Positions 12,969-25,500 are shown, counted from the whole stretch's first letter. The stretch is DNA of 60,434 nt, filler included, from Fonticula-like sp. SCN 57-25 (GCA_001724245.1; 5 parts of 5 records of this genome joined end to end with filler, not necessarily neighbours in it); one strand, 5' to 3'. The notes: generated from the sequence alone by a model not told the origin. Numbers and translations are program-made.

Positions 12969-13127
12969 GAAAAAGACAAAAATAGCTAAACATGGCATTT
13001 TGTATCTGTATTATCAAACAAAATAAGAATAAATGCAGCACGACGGGTGTGGAGCAGAGCATCCTTAGAAAATCTTTTCAAACGATTTATTTATAAGTTT
13101 GCGGAGCTATTCTTTGAAAACGAGTTT

Positions 13128-14088
13128 TTAATGCTTTGCAAAAGTCACCGAGAGGGCGTGCGTCGGCGAGATGTTGTACTTGTGTAGGTTATCCTTGGCG
13201 ACGGACGCCTGCATCTCATTCTCGTACTCGACGAAGGCAATGTCGGGGCGCGAGGGCACAGGGCGCAACTCCTTGAACCCGTGGAAGCTGCGGACGCACA
13301 GCCGTTAGTAAAATATATCAGACTGCTGCGCGCGTACCGCTGGAAGATGTCGGCGAGGACAGCCTCGGGCGTGTTGTCGGGGATGTTTTGGCAGAAAAGA
13401 ATCTTGTTGGGCGTCTGGTCGTCCTCCTTGGCGGCGCGGCCTGATATAAAGCATCAGCAACATAAAAGGAAATGGGTAAGGCGGTACCTGACGATGCTGG
13501 CCGTTCCGTCTTCTGGCGCTTGTTGGGCTTTTCGTCCGTCTTTGCCTTGGTAGACGTCTCTGCAAGGCAGGTGAATACGATGGGTCACAGAGAAAGAGCC
13601 AAAACGGCCCCAAAGCAAGTAAAAAAGAGACGTACTGCGCTTCTCCAAGTGCTTGCGCTTCACCTCGTCGTATGTGCCGTCCTCCTTTGCGATGGCGTAA
13701 GACTTGCCCTTGGCGTACTGAACGTCCATCGGCTTCTCAAAGAGAACGAATCCCTGGAGGGAGCGGAGCGCATTCGTGGCAGAAGAAATATCATTGTACA
13801 CAACAAAGGCCTGGCCGCGCATCTTGACCGTCTTGAGCGCAACGACGTCAACGACCGAGCCATGCTGAGAGAATAGCGAGTTCAACGTCTTTTTGAGATC
13901 TATGACGAGCGGGAAGGGAGGGAGGGATGCGCGTTAGGATGGCGGCTTCAAGGGAGCGGATCAAGACCCGAAATAAACGTACCGTCCTTCTTAATCTTTT
14001 CGTTGATATTACGAATGTAAAGCGTCTGGTTCGGGGGAACCGGGCCGCTCGAGGCGTCGCCATTGGCAACCTCCATGCTGTCCGCCAT
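13128..14088 (-). CDS. U1A/U2B'' snRNP protein (two RRMs, multi-exon)
   Basis: PPNQTLYIRNINEKIKK, VVALKTVKMRGQAFVV, PNKILFCQNIP, IAFVEYE. Confidence 0.92.
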
Positions 14089-14173
14089 CGTGTCGAGGAA
14101 ACACTCGAAACAGACACGCAAAATCGCAGGTACGAATAGTAAAATCGCATGCGATTTTAAGTGTCTTTCGAGG

Positions 14174-15185
14174 ATGTCAGCGTCTGATGCCGCGGCGGAC
14201 GCGCGCCTCATCATGCCGTCCCTAGGGGAGCCGGGGGAGCACCTAAACGTCCTCGATATCCCCCTTATTACACCACCGAATAAGTTTTATCCGGAGCGAG
14301 TGGTACGTCTGTTTTTGTGGCGATCGCTCGCGGTCCAGGTCGATGCTCATGTTTGCGTCAGCTGTTTGTAGTGGACAATAGCCATGAGATGGGCCTCAAG
14401 CTCTCGAGCACCAAGCCGCTCCTGTACGTTTCTCCCTTTCCTGCTCGACTTGCTCATTACTGCACGACAGACGCTGCGACTATGTTCGCCAATGTATCGA
14501 GGCCTTTTGCCATCAAAAGAGCCGCCTGTCGGCTCAGCATCAGTTTGCAGTCGCCTCCTTTGACAAGACGCCGACGCTGATCTGCCCGTTCACGCGCGAT
14601 CCCGAAGAGATCAAAAAGAGCTTGCGCTCCATCCGCACGAGCAACCTTCCCCCTTCGGGCCCCTTTGGTTCGTCCTTGATTCTTGAGAATACGTGACTTA
14701 CACGATGGTTTGCACAGATCTTACGTCCATTCTGCAGCTCTGGTACGTGCCCGTCGGCATCGCATGGCCATATCATTATACCTTTACTTACGAATGTCTA
14801 TATTAGTTCGACGTTTGTTGACCCTACGGGCGCATCCGGTCTCCGCCTCATTCTTGTCTACGGCCGCGTGTCGCATATTCCGACGCTCAACACCCACGAC
14901 GCTTCCTACGCAAAGCTGGCGCACCCGTCCAGCCGCTTCACAGCCGACGCCGTCTACATTTTTGAGAAGCGCGCGACGAACGCGCAGCCCACGTACGACA
15001 AGATCCTGCTGATGGGGCCCAACCCCGCGCAGAGCTACTTTTTCGATGGGGCGAGCCAGCCAAAGCGCATCTCTGGCGCGTTCCTCAGCATGCTGGCGCA
15101 CCCAGCACAGAGGCCGCTGCACGCAGACTGCCAATTCAACGCGCCAATTGTCACGCCGGCGCGCCCAATCGACGCGGCAAAGTAA
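14174..15185 (+). CDS. BABAM1: BRISC/BRCA1-A complex member 1 (MERIT40/NBA1, vWA-like), multi-exon
   Basis: PERVLFVVD, HQFAVA, RLILVYGR, DAVYI and the signature MLAHPAQRP. Confidence 0.8.
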
Positions 15186-15331
15186 AATTTCCCTAATTGC
15201 TGCCATTTGTGTACATTACAGAATACTATGAGTTCCACTGCTTTTGCGGTTAATGAAAAATCCAACAGCATTTCAAAAAGTCACATACATGGTCCAAATT
15301 TGTGTTTATTGCGACACTCAATGTTCAACGC

Positions 15332-16480
15332 TCAGATGATCTTGAGGCCGGCGAGGGAGCTCTCGAGCGACTTGACGTCCCAGATGATGATCTGGCCGTC
15401 AACGCCGGCGGAAGCAAACTGCTGGACGGCACCGGCGGCGCCCTTGAACGGCGCGAGGCCCGAGATGGCGTTCTGGTGGAGCGTCTTGAGCTTGGACTCG
15501 CCCTCGGTGGCGCCCTTGGTGTCCATGTTGAGGAAGACGGAGCGCGCGCTCGTCGCCTTGGCGGCCTCGACCTTTCCAGCGTCGAGCTCGCGGATGCGCT
15601 CCCAGCCCTGGGCGGTCTCCGAGAAGAGGATGGGGTTGTTGTCGTGGCCGGCGGCGACGATGCTCTTGGGGGTCACCCAGAGGAGCGCGCGGAAGGGAAG
15701 GCCGGCGCAGCGCACGTACTGCGGCTGGTCGATCGCGCTCGAGTGAACGACGGTCAAGTGCGAGCCGTGGCCGACGAAAGCGAGGCTCTCACCATCGGGC
15801 GAGAAGGCGATGTCGTGCACCCAGCCGCCGACGTTGCCAATGTCAATGTCGACGAGGCAGTCGCCGAACGAGGTCGACGAGCCCCAGTTGGTCGGGGTCG
15901 GCTTGCTGTCAACGCCCTTGATGGCGACGACAAAGACGCGGGCACGGAACTCGGCGCTGCCGGCGGCCAGCAGCACGTTGTTGGGGTGCCAGTCGATCGA
16001 GAGCACAGTCGACTTGATCGACTTGCGCACATGCTTGGCGACCCACCAGTCGTTGTCCTTGTCATAGTAGCAGATCGAGATGCAGCGGTCGCCAGAGCCG
16101 CAGGCAAACTTGTCCTCCTTCGGGCTCCACTTGACCTGCGTGGCGGCGCGGTCAATGCGCAGCAGCACAAGGGTCGGCGACCACTTGGCCGGCTCGCCAT
16201 TGGCGGCGGGCACAAACGACCACACATAGGCGTTACGGTCCTGCGAGCACGACACAATGCGGTTAGACTCGGGCGCCCAGTCAATGCCGGTCACAAGCTT
16301 GTCGTGCTCGAGAAGAGTGAACAGGGGCTTGGCCTCCCACTCGCCGTTGGTGCCCTTCTTGTAGATCTCGATCGCGTTCGAGTTGGGGCAGACGGCAACC
16401 ATGGAGCGGTCACGGTTGAACGAAAAGCACGAAATCGGAACCGGGGGGTTCAGGAGCTGGTGCGCGTCGGCAGCAGACAT
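15332..16480 (-). CDS. ARPC1: Arp2/3 complex subunit 1 (WD40)
   Basis: HDKLVTGIDWAPESNRIVSCSQDRNAYVW, NDWWVAKHVRK, TLHQNAI; single coding exon. Confidence 0.97.
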   Translation of the reverse strand: MSAADAHQLLNPPVPISCFSFNRDRSMVAVCPNSNAIEIYKKGTNGEWEAKPLFTLLEHDKLVTGIDWAPESNRIVSCSQDRNAYVWSFVPAANGEPAKWSPTLVLLRIDRAATQVKWSPKEDKFACGSGDRCISICYYDKDNDWWVAKHVRKSIKSTVLSIDWHPNNVLLAAGSAEFRARVFVVAIKGVDSKPTPTNWGSSTSFGDCLVDIDIGNVGGWVHDIAFSPDGESLAFVGHGSHLTVVHSSAIDQPQYVRCAGLPFRALLWVTPKSIVAAGHDNNPILFSETAQGWERIRELDAGKVEAAKATSARSVFLNMDTKGATEGESKLKTLHQNAISGLAPFKGAAGAVQQFASAGVDGQIIIWDVKSLESSLAGLKII

Positions 16481-16609
16481 GGCGGGCAATAAAGAGTGAG
16501 GCGAGAGCAAGCGCTACGATTCACTGGGCAGGACAAGAACGTGTCCACTGCCGAGATAGATAAAGGAAAGAAAACACGGCGAAACGAACAGAAAAACACG
16601 ACAGGGACG

Positions 16610-16709
16610 NNNNNNNNNNNNNNNNNNNNNNNNNNNNNNNNNNNNNNNNNNNNTTAATTAATTAANNNNNNNNNNNNNNNNNNNNNNNNNNNNNNNNNNN
16701 NNNNNNNNN
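16610..16709. other. Artificial contig linker
   Basis: N-run + TTAATTAATTAA (six-frame stop) + N-run. Confidence 0.97.
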
Positions 16710-17649
16710 ATCTTGAGCGAGTAGTCAATATGCGGGACGGACTGGCTCATGCTTCCCGACGACAAGACGTCAATATCTAGCGGCAGTGTCAGTGAAATGA
16801 CACAGGGATCTCGCGCGGCACGCACTGGAATCAAAGAATTCGTGAACGTTTTCGGGCGTGATGCCTCCCGACCCTTCTATGATGACGTGCGGGAACCTGT
16901 TCTTGACGCTGGCGGCCACCTTTGTAATGTCCTTGGGGTCAAAGTTGTCGAGCATGACCACCTCGGCGCCGGCAGCCGCCGCCTCGATCGCCTCCTCGAG
17001 CGACCGCACCTCGACCTCGATCTTGAGCGCAAAACCGCCAACGCTGCGCGCGCTCTGCACCGCCTTGGTGATGGACCCCGTGCTCCACACGTGGTTGTCC
17101 TTGAGCATGATCATCGACGACAGATCCATGCGGTGCGTGTCAACGCCGCCAACCAGCATCGCGTACTTTTCAACGAGGCGGAAGCCGGGCGTCGTCTTGC
17201 GCGTGCCGGCAACAGCGCCGTGCCAGCCGTGGCGCTGCTTCGCATCAGCAAAGGAGCGGGCGCGCGTCGCGATCCCGCTCGCGCGAGCAAGGAGATTCAA
17301 CGCGACGCGCTCGCCCTGGAGGATTCGCCGCGCCTCGCCCTCAACCTTTGCTACAACGCAGACGGGCTCAAACCGCGCGCCTTCGTCAACAAACCACGTC
17401 ACAGTGCAGTCAAGCTGGCGAAAGATCTCATCCACGAACGGGCGCCCGCACAGCACGCCCTACGTACATCTCATTTAGCACACCACACATCATAATGAAA
17501 AGGCGTACGGGGGTCTTGCCAAGAAGACGCGCGACGTCAGACTTGCCGCCAACAACAAAGCCTCCATAGTCAAAGGAGGGAACGTCCTCCTTGATCCATT
17601 CCGACACAGTTGTGCGCCACGACGACGGCAAAAGATTGGCGTACGACAT
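16710..17649 (-). CDS. QPRT: Quinolinate phosphoribosyltransferase (last codons cut by the contig end)
   Basis: EDVPSFDYGGFVVG, GERVALN, AGTRKTTPGFRLVEKY, HRMDLSSMIMLKDNH, VMLDNF. Confidence 0.96.
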
Positions 17650-17686
17650 GCCGGCGCTCCCTCGGCACCGCTCGGCACAACACTCG

Positions 17687-17720
17687 AGTTTGCAGTTTAC
17701 AGTTTGCAATCCAGTTTGCA
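17687..17720. promoter_or_regulatory. QPRT/MCTS1 bidirectional promoter: four AGTTTGCA-type motifs
   Basis: Copies at 17687, 17694 (AGTTTACA), 17701 and 17713. Confidence 0.6.
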
Positions 17721-17763
17721 TTGGCGTCATTCGGTCCGTGGCCGCGTTCGATCCCTGCCCGCC

Positions 17764-18638
17764 ATGATGAAAAAGTGCGCCGCGCTTGCTCGCGGGATCC
17801 TTGTGGGCTCACATTATGGGCTCTCTTTAGATTCAACCCCGAAAATGACATCCTGTCGCAGGGCCTTGCCAAGTCGTCCATCCAGCGCGCCATCCGCACG
17901 TCGGTGCTCGAGCAGTACCCCGGCATCGAGGAGGACATTGAAGAGTACCTTCCCAAGAAGAGCAACTGCCACCTTGTCAAATGGTACAATTTCCCTTTCT
18001 CTTTGCCTTTCTTTTATTCTTGAATGTATTTGGCGCTAATATCTGCTTATTTCCTTAGCAATGATCAGATCCAGCTCGTCGCGCAGGACGACGAGATCAA
18101 GCTCTTCAACTCGTGGCAGGGGCCGTACATGCCGACGCTCCGCATTGTCCACAAATGTACGACGGCGCGATATTCCCCTCTTGCTGTCTCTTTATATTTG
18201 TGGCTAATAATTTTGTCAGACCCGAACATGATGAAGACGGTGCAGGTGGACAAGGGCGCCATCAAGTTTGTCCTCAGCGGCGCCAACGTGATGTGCCCCG
18301 GGCTCACCAGCAAGGGCGGCAAGCTCCCCGACGGCCTCAAGAAGGGAGACATTGTTGTACGTAATCAGCGCGCGCCATTTTCTCCCGTCTTTTGCGTGTT
18401 TCTGTTTTGCTCACGAGGCATCGATAGGCGATCATGGCCGAGGGCAAGCAGTATGCGCTCGGCATCGGAATTCTCACCATGTCGTCCGAGGAAATGTGCG
18501 CCCTCTTATCTATTTTTTTTCATGGTACATTGCTAATACTGTGTGCGTTGCAGCCGCTCAATCAACAAAGGCATCGCTCTCGAGAATATGCACTGCTTGA
18601 ACGACGGGTTGTGGAACGCAAAGGTCGAGGCAAACTGA
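17764..18638 (+). CDS. MCTS1: MCTS1/Tma20 PUA-domain re-initiation factor, 6 exons
   Basis: KSSIQRAIR, PTLRIVHKYP, VQVDKGAIKFVLSGANVMCPGLTS, HCLNDGLW. Confidence 0.95.
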
Positions 18639-18817
18639 GTGGTTTCGTGTACAGATAGTGAATCAAAGATATAAACCGTATATTTTGCACCATTTCCAAT
18701 ATTCTTTTGCACAAATTTCCGACAAGTTTTGCATAAATTAAAATATGATATCGCGATATCGCATAACAAATAACAAATCGCGAATCGCACAACAAATAAA
18801 CATAAAGCACCTATCTC

Positions 18818-21020
18818 TTATCCCGTGTTGCCCATGCCCGCCGCGATTCCCTGGATGGTAATCGTAAGGCAGTCCTCGAGCCTCTGGTCCTTCTCGCCCC
18901 TCCTGAGCCTCTGCAGCGCCTTTGCCTGGATGATATTGAGCGCGTCCACAAACGGCAGGCGCGTCTCGACGGACCGTTTCTGCCGACCCAAACGTGCATT
19001 AGCCGCGGTTTATTCAAGTCGGGTTCAAACGTACGACGACGGGGTCTGTCTCGAGGAGCGCCTTTTGGCCCGTGATGGTGAGGAGCGTCGTGATAGAGTC
19101 ACTGAGCTCCTGCCTGAGCTCCTCGCCGATGGGCTTGAGGGCGTCGGGTACGAGCATGGTGTCGTACAGCGCCGACACGTTCATGTCCGCCTTGGAGAGG
19201 ACCATTTGCAGGAGGTCCAGCGTCGACCGGAAGAACGGCCAGCACTCGTACATGTCCGCCAGCACGCGCTCGTGGCCGTCGTCCATCGCCTTGCGAACGG
19301 CAAAGCCGACGCCGAGCCACACGGGGAGGTGCATGCGCGACTGCGTCCACGCAAACATCCAGGGGATCGCGCGGAGCGTTTCGACGCCGCCGTGGGGGTT
19401 GCGCTTGGCGGGGCGACTGCCAAGGTTGAGCGAGCCAACCTCATTGATCGGTGTCGAGGAGCGGAAGTACTCGACAAACGGTTTCTGGCTGTAAACAACG
19501 GTCTGGAACACGTGTCAGAACGGGCGAAAAAAAATATCAAGTCCATAAAACAGTCAAAAGCAGACAAAAATGCCATTAAAACAGTCACAGTCTCACCAAA
19601 ACAGTCCATGCCACATAAAGCACACTATCGCACCTGGTAGCGTGCGCACGAGTCCTCTGACAGCTTGTTAAACATGTGCTTCCACTCCTGCCTCGGTTGC
19701 TGCTGCGGCGCGAGCGTCGCAATGAGCGTCGCCGTCGTGTACCGCTCGAGCGTCTGCTCGGCCGTGCCGATAAGCCCAAAGTGCGAGTCGATTGTCTCTC
19801 CCTGGATGGTGACGCGCATGCGCCCGGCAACGGACCCCGGCGGCTGCGACAGAATGGCGAGGTGCTGCGGCCCGCCGCCGCGCCCGACCGACCCGCCGCG
19901 GCCATGGAAAAGTGTGAGGCGCACATTCTTTGCGGCGCACACCTTGACGAGCGTCTCCTGCGCCTGGTACAGTGACCACACGCTGGCGAGCCGGCCGGCG
20001 TCCTTGGCCGAGTCGCTGTACCCGAGCATGATCTCCTGGTGGCCGGCAATGTGCTGGCGGTACCAGTCAACGTCAAGGAGCGCCTTGACGGTCGCGCCCG
20101 ATGCCTCGAGGTCAGCCTTTGTCTCGAACAGAGGCGCGACGCGGAGGAACTCGCGCGCCCCGGCCTCGCGCTGAAGCAGGCACACGACGAGCACGTCCGA
20201 AGGGACGCGCGCCATCGAGATGACGTACGCGCCGAGGTACTCGGGGCCAATCAGCGCCGATACCTTGAACGTGGTGAGGACCTCGTGGACGCGCGGGTTG
20301 GACACGCTAAAGTTGGCGTCGAGCGGCAGGAGCGGGCGATGCGCTTGGAGCTCGCGCACGAGGAACGCCTGCTTTTCCTCCTCGGACCACTCGCGGTACG
20401 AGCCAAGTCCAATGTGCTGGGTGATGGCGTCCATGGCCTCGGCGTGGCGGTCCGACTCTTGGCGCAGATCGAGGCGAGCAAGCGACATGCCAAAGCACGA
20501 CACGCGGCGGATCAGGTCGCGGATGCGTCCCTGCGCCACCAGGTGGTCGCCGCACTCGATCAGCGAGCGGTGCACGAGCAGCAGCTGCGACAGCAGCTCC
20601 TCCTTGCGGAACACAAGGCGGTTGTGATCCGTATCAGTCACGCGATACGCATGGTACAGGGGCTCGCGCGGGTTCGCATCGGCGGCAAGCTTCTCCTCGT
20701 CCGTCGCCGTCGCCTGGCGCTGCACTTCCACAAGAATCGATTCAATCGCCTCGCGCGTAGCGAGCAGGCGGTCGCGCAGCACAGCAAGGTAGCGCCGGTA
20801 CGACTCCTCCTGGGGGATGTTGCCGCGCGGAAAGTCCCAGTGGATGCGCTCCGCCGACCACAGCTGCTGCTCGCTAATCGCCTGCGCCGCCGCGGTCAGC
20901 TCGGGCGACGCCTTGGTGATACTCAGCTCAAACATGAGGCGGTCAACCTCCTTGTAGTACAGGTCGGCGGCGCGCCAGCGTGCAAGCAAGACGACGTGCG
21001 TCGTGACATGGCTTGTCACA

Positions 21021-21052
<32 letters not shown>

Positions 21053-22224
21053 CGAGCCAAAGCTGACGGGCACGCGCTCCGGCGGAAGCGCGTCGACGCC
21101 GAGCTGCTCAAGGGCAACGTCTAGCGAGCGCATGAACTGCGGGACGGCGTTCCAGAGAATGCGTTCAACGACGAGCAGAGCGCCCTTGGCCTCGTCCTCG
21201 ACCGTCGGCTTGAGGCGGCGGACGGTGCTCGAACGCCACAGGCTGATAACCTCGGTGCGCACCTTGTTCATGTTTTCGGCTCCTTCGCTCACAGTCAAGA
21301 CGGAGCGGTCGCGCTCAATCATGAGCTCGCCAATCCTACGGAAAAGAGAGGGTCAGTCATTGGCATCGTGAGGAACAAGCAAAGAAAAATGCATTGGAAT
21401 GCAAGGAGAATTCAACAAGGGAAAGCTAGGAAATACAAAGCAAAGCAAAAGCATACACAACATAATACAACAATACAGACAATAATGAAGGAAACTCAAC
21501 TACAAATACAATAGTCGTACGTATTGAGCTTTTGGAGAACAGTGCGTCGGAGCGCCTGTGTCGGGTGCGCGGTCAGCACGAGCTCCACGTTCTGGTCCAT
21601 GAGGGCCTCCCTAATCATATCGCGCGTCATGCCGCGCTCCTTGAGGGTCGCGAACGCGTCATAGAACGTGTGGCGGAGCATCAGCTCGGAGCCGCCCACG
21701 CGGTACGAGCGCCAGCTAATCAAGCTTTAGTACAAAAAATCCAGGGGGATCGCCGAGCACGTACCGGCGAAGGCGGTGCAGCTTCTCGGCCAAGTTGACA
21801 AGGTTGAGGAACTCGTTGAACAGCCGCGCGCTCTCCATAAGATCGAAGGGGTCTTCCATCTGGTCGATGGCGTGCACCATCTGGCCAAAGATCTCGGACT
21901 TGGCATTGTGCTCGTAGTGCCGGCCCGACTGCAGCAGCTTCGATACCACCTTGAAAAGCGCGTCTGCAAGGAGATCAGAACAAAGGCAAGCGAGGGAAAG
22001 GGGCGCGTACCGGGATCCTTGGTCATGCCCGGCGTGGTCGTGCGGCGAAAGGTGTCCAGCAGGAGGGAGAGGAAAAAGACTATATCTTCCTCGAGCGGCG
22101 TGATGAAATCGACCGCGACCGGCGGCGCCTCAAACCGAATGTATTTTTCCACCTGCAGCAGCGGCACCTCGCCACACTGAATCGCGTCCAGGAACGCGCC
22201 GAGCCGATCCTTGCGCTCAACCAT
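18818..22224 (-). CDS. ppc: Phosphoenolpyruvate carboxylase (multi-exon)
   Basis: VLTAHPT, SWIGGDRDGNP, MLGYSDSAKDAG, FHGRGGSVGRGGGP, LRAIPW, C-terminal IAAGMGNTG. Confidence 0.97.
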
Positions 22225-22506
22225 CGCCGTCGTCTTCCTCTGATCGTTGGTCCAAAGGCAACAAACAGGGTCAGGGGCGAGCTGACGTAATATGCTCGAT
22301 CACTGGTGGGAATCTGGGGAAAAGTTTGGGGTAGACTTTTTGTTTTTCTCGGTGGGCGTGCGGGGCTCAGTGGGTCTGTGCGACGTCAGAGAGACGATTT
22401 TCGGCGGCTGTTTCGCGTTCTTCCTGCTGCTCGAGGCGTGTTTTTAAAAGGCCAAAAATAGGCGATCTATTCCGCGAGGCCGATCGCGCAGTCGCATTCG
22501 CTCAAG

Positions 22507-23784
22507 ATGGATCTCCAGCCGTCGCTCGTGTCGCATGGCACTCGAGACGGTTCGTACTTTGAGATGCTCGTCGAGGATCTCGACGATATGGGCTTTGATG
22601 ACCTCCTTCAGGAGGACATTTCCGTGTCTTCGTGCAGCCCCTCGTCGGTGTGGTCCTCGTCCTCCCCCCCACATGTGTCCGCTTCCTCTTCCTCGGCCAG
22701 CTTGGCGCCTCCCCCGCCCGCGCCCTCCTCCAACTCTTCTGGGCCTGGGCTTGTCTTTCTGCCGTCCCTTTCCGCGCCGCTGATCGCGATCAAGGATCTG
22801 CTCTTCCCCTCTGAGCGGATCCCGCCGAGCCCGCCGCCGTACGTCCTTGATGAGGAGAAGCGTCGGAATGCGGCGGCGTTCACCGCTGCGGCGATCAAGG
22901 AAGAGGCTGATCCCTCATCGTCGGCGGCGTACCCGTACTGCGGCACCGCTCTGCCTCCGCAGCAGTTCCCGCTCGCCTTTGCGCCGTCGTACGTGGACTA
23001 CAAGAAGCGCCGCCTGGACGATGTTGAAGCCTCGCCCTCGTTTTCGCTGCCGGTGAGCGCCGAGGCGCTGGGCCGCGACAAGGAGACGTTCCCGCTGCAG
23101 TCGCTGTCGACGGCGTCGACGCCCGAGGATATGCTGCGCATGCTCAACCAGTCGTTTGTGCGGACGGCGAGCGCGAGCTCGGACGCCATCCGCCGTCGCG
23201 AGATGCGTCGTCAGCAGCGCGGAACGGGCTCTGCCACGTCAATGTCGCCGCCGCCCGCGCCGGCCGCGCAGTCACCGTCGTCGGCCGCGCTGGACGCCGA
23301 CGACCGCCGTAACCGGCGCCGCGAGAACCACGCGTCGGTCGAGCGCCGCCGCCGCGACCACATCAACGACTGCATTGGCGACTTTGTGCGCATGGTGCCG
23401 GACCTGCAGGCGTGCACGCAGCTCAACAAGGGCGTCGTGCTGCGCAAGGCGACCGACTACATGCAGCAGCTCATCCACCACGGCGCGTTTATGGAGCAGC
23501 AGCTGCAGGCCGCCATGGCTCAGTGGGCCGCCGCGGGGCAGAGGATTGAGACAATGGGCGAGCACCTCAGGGCAGCCAACGCACGCATAGACGAGCTCGC
23601 GCTGCAGAACGAGACGCTCAGAAAGATCATCATGAGTTCGCCCGCGGCGAGGGAGGCGGCCGAGGCGGCGGTCAGCAGGGGCGCCAGCGGAGGGGCGGAC
23701 GACTTTACGGACGTCTTCTTGAACGCCAACGCGCAGAACGACGTCTGGAACGCACACAGAAGCGAGCCAGTTTCCGAGGTTTAG
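22507..23784 (+). CDS. bHLH-leucine zipper transcription factor (MiT/USF/Cbf1-like, group B)
   Basis: RRENHASVERRRRDHINDCI...NKGVVLRKATDYMQQL followed by a coiled coil; lacks the SREBP Tyr and TM segments. Confidence 0.85.
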   Translation: MDLQPSLVSHGTRDGSYFEMLVEDLDDMGFDDLLQEDISVSSCSPSSVWSSSSPPHVSASSSSASLAPPPPAPSSNSSGPGLVFLPSLSAPLIAIKDLLFPSERIPPSPPPYVLDEEKRRNAAAFTAAAIKEEADPSSSAAYPYCGTALPPQQFPLAFAPSYVDYKKRRLDDVEASPSFSLPVSAEALGRDKETFPLQSLSTASTPEDMLRMLNQSFVRTASASSDAIRRREMRRQQRGTGSATSMSPPPAPAAQSPSSAALDADDRRNRRRENHASVERRRRDHINDCIGDFVRMVPDLQACTQLNKGVVLRKATDYMQQLIHHGAFMEQQLQAAMAQWAAAGQRIETMGEHLRAANARIDELALQNETLRKIIMSSPAAREAAEAAVSRGASGGADDFTDVFLNANAQNDVWNAHRSEPVSEV

Positions 23785-23985
23785 TAACTTTTCATGAATT
23801 GTTTGTCTGTCTATTTGCTGTACTATATTTGCGGGTTTTTCTTCTTTTGCAAGGAGGATTGCGACCTGGTGTCACCTGTCACTGTCTGTTTCTATATGCG
23901 TCTAGGCTAGAGTCCGGGGCGACGCGCCCCGAGAATTTGATGTACATCGTGTTCCCTCTCATAAGTATAATATGAATATATATTG

Positions 23986-24626
23986 TTACAATGACCTTGT
24001 CGCGCGGCTCATAATTTCGTACACGGCGGGCTCGTCGTCCTCTTCCTCAGTCTGGCTCGGCGAGATCTCGTCAACGAGGTACGACCGCTGCCGGTAAAAC
24101 GCGATCGCGGCCGTGTTGCACCTGAACACCGTCAGCATCACCTTGTCCACGGGCAAGGCCGCCGCCATGCCTTCCAGGGCGCCCATCAGCACGCCGCCCA
24201 GACCGCGCCGGCGGTACCGTTCGTCGACCTGAAGCTCATAGCTGCGGCAATTTAGCGTCATTTGGCAAGAAAGGGATGCGGCACGCACCAATAGACGACG
24301 GTGCACAGCGAGTCATCGTCCGCCGCCGTCTCCTCAGTGTCTACAAGAAACGACGAAAAGGCGGCGAGCGTGTCGCCGTCGCGGATCACGAGCAGCCGCA
24401 TGCCCGGCTCGGCCAGCTCGGCGCGCTTCTTGTCGTCGGACCATCCCCATCCCGCTTCATCGTACAAGGCCGACATGTTGTTGCACGCCAGCGCAAGGCA
24501 GGGCTCGGTCCACCGGCTCGTCTTTGCGTCTTCTAGCTCAAAAGAAAGCGGCGCAATGGCCGGTCTAGGAAGCGCATCAAAGGCGGCCTGCACGCGACCC
24601 CGCAGCGCACGCAGGTTGGGCGCCAT
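23986..24626 (-). CDS. NAA40: N-alpha-acetyltransferase 40 (NatD), 2 exons
   Basis: NMSALYDEAGWGWSDDKKRAEL, YELQV..RRRGLG, KVMLTVF..N..A..FY, DEISPS, YEIMS. Confidence 0.88.
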
Positions 24627-24675
24627 TTTTGGCGGGAAATCGGATGCAAACTGACATGCAAACTGCTCAGAAACT
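24627..24675. promoter_or_regulatory. NAA40 promoter: E2F-type site plus TGCAAACT repeats
   Basis: TTTTGGCGGGAAA at 24627-24639; TGCAAACT at 24645 and 24657, degenerate copy at about 24669. Confidence 0.55.
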
Positions 24676-24834
24676 GGAGCTACATTTGCCACAATGCCAC
24701 TACATAGAAAACACATGGCAGTGTCCATTTCCGCACTGTACCATTGTAATATATAAAGGGGCAACAAGTGTAACGCGTATTTACATTATTTACAATAAAA
24801 GTGAAATGAATGTACAAGAGAGAAACAGGCAAAG

Positions 24835-25500
24835 TTACTCGGAACGCTTCTTCTTCTTTGGCGTCTCCTCCTGCTCGGCGCTCTTCTTCTTCTTTTTCTT
24901 GGGAGCCTCCTCCTCCTGCTCCTCCTCCTGCTCTTCCTTCCTGTCCTTCTTCTTCTTCTTCTTCTCCTGCTCCTCCTTCTTCTCCTTCTTCTTCTCGACG
25001 ACCTTTTCCTCCTCCTGCTCCTCCTCCTCAGCGATCTTGCTGCTCTTCTTCTTCTTCTTCTTGAGCTCCTTGCCGCTGTCCTCCGCCTCCTCCGCCTTCT
25101 TACCGAGCGCGTTCATGGCGATCTTGCGCGAAGCATCGGCGGTCGCGTTGGCGGCGATCCTCGCCTTGTCCTGCTCCTTGACCTTCTTCAGGTAGTGACG
25201 GAGGCGCTCCTACACGCCACCGCGTTAGCAAAACACACCACAAACACAATATAAGCAGGCACGCACCAGCTCGAGGTGCACGGGGTGATCCTCGGTCAGC
25301 TCACCCTGCGTCTTGAGGAAGGCATGGAAGATGCTGTTGATGGCGTAGGCAACGGCGACCTGGAGCCGCACGCGGTCGGCGGTCGAGAGAGACGGCACCA
25401 GTGTATCGAGCGGCGCATCGAGAAGCGGCTGAAGCTGCTTGCGGACCTCGCGCACCTGCTCTTCGATCGACCGCACCGCACCCTTCACGTCCGAGTCCAT
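24835..25500 (-). CDS. C1D: C1D/Rrp47 exosome cofactor with K/E-rich tail, 2 exons
   Basis: AYAINSIFHAFLKTQG...HPVHLEL|ERLRHYLKKV. Confidence 0.85.

Noticed and set aside
16654-16665. TTAATTAATTAA palindrome inside N-runs, four times
   Set aside because: Six-frame-stop linker added when concatenating contigs; not biological, and adjacency across it is meaningless
22507-23784. bHLH-ZIP as the SREBP partner of SCAP
   Set aside because: Basic region is ERRRR rather than ERRYR, there are no TM segments, and it is on a different contig
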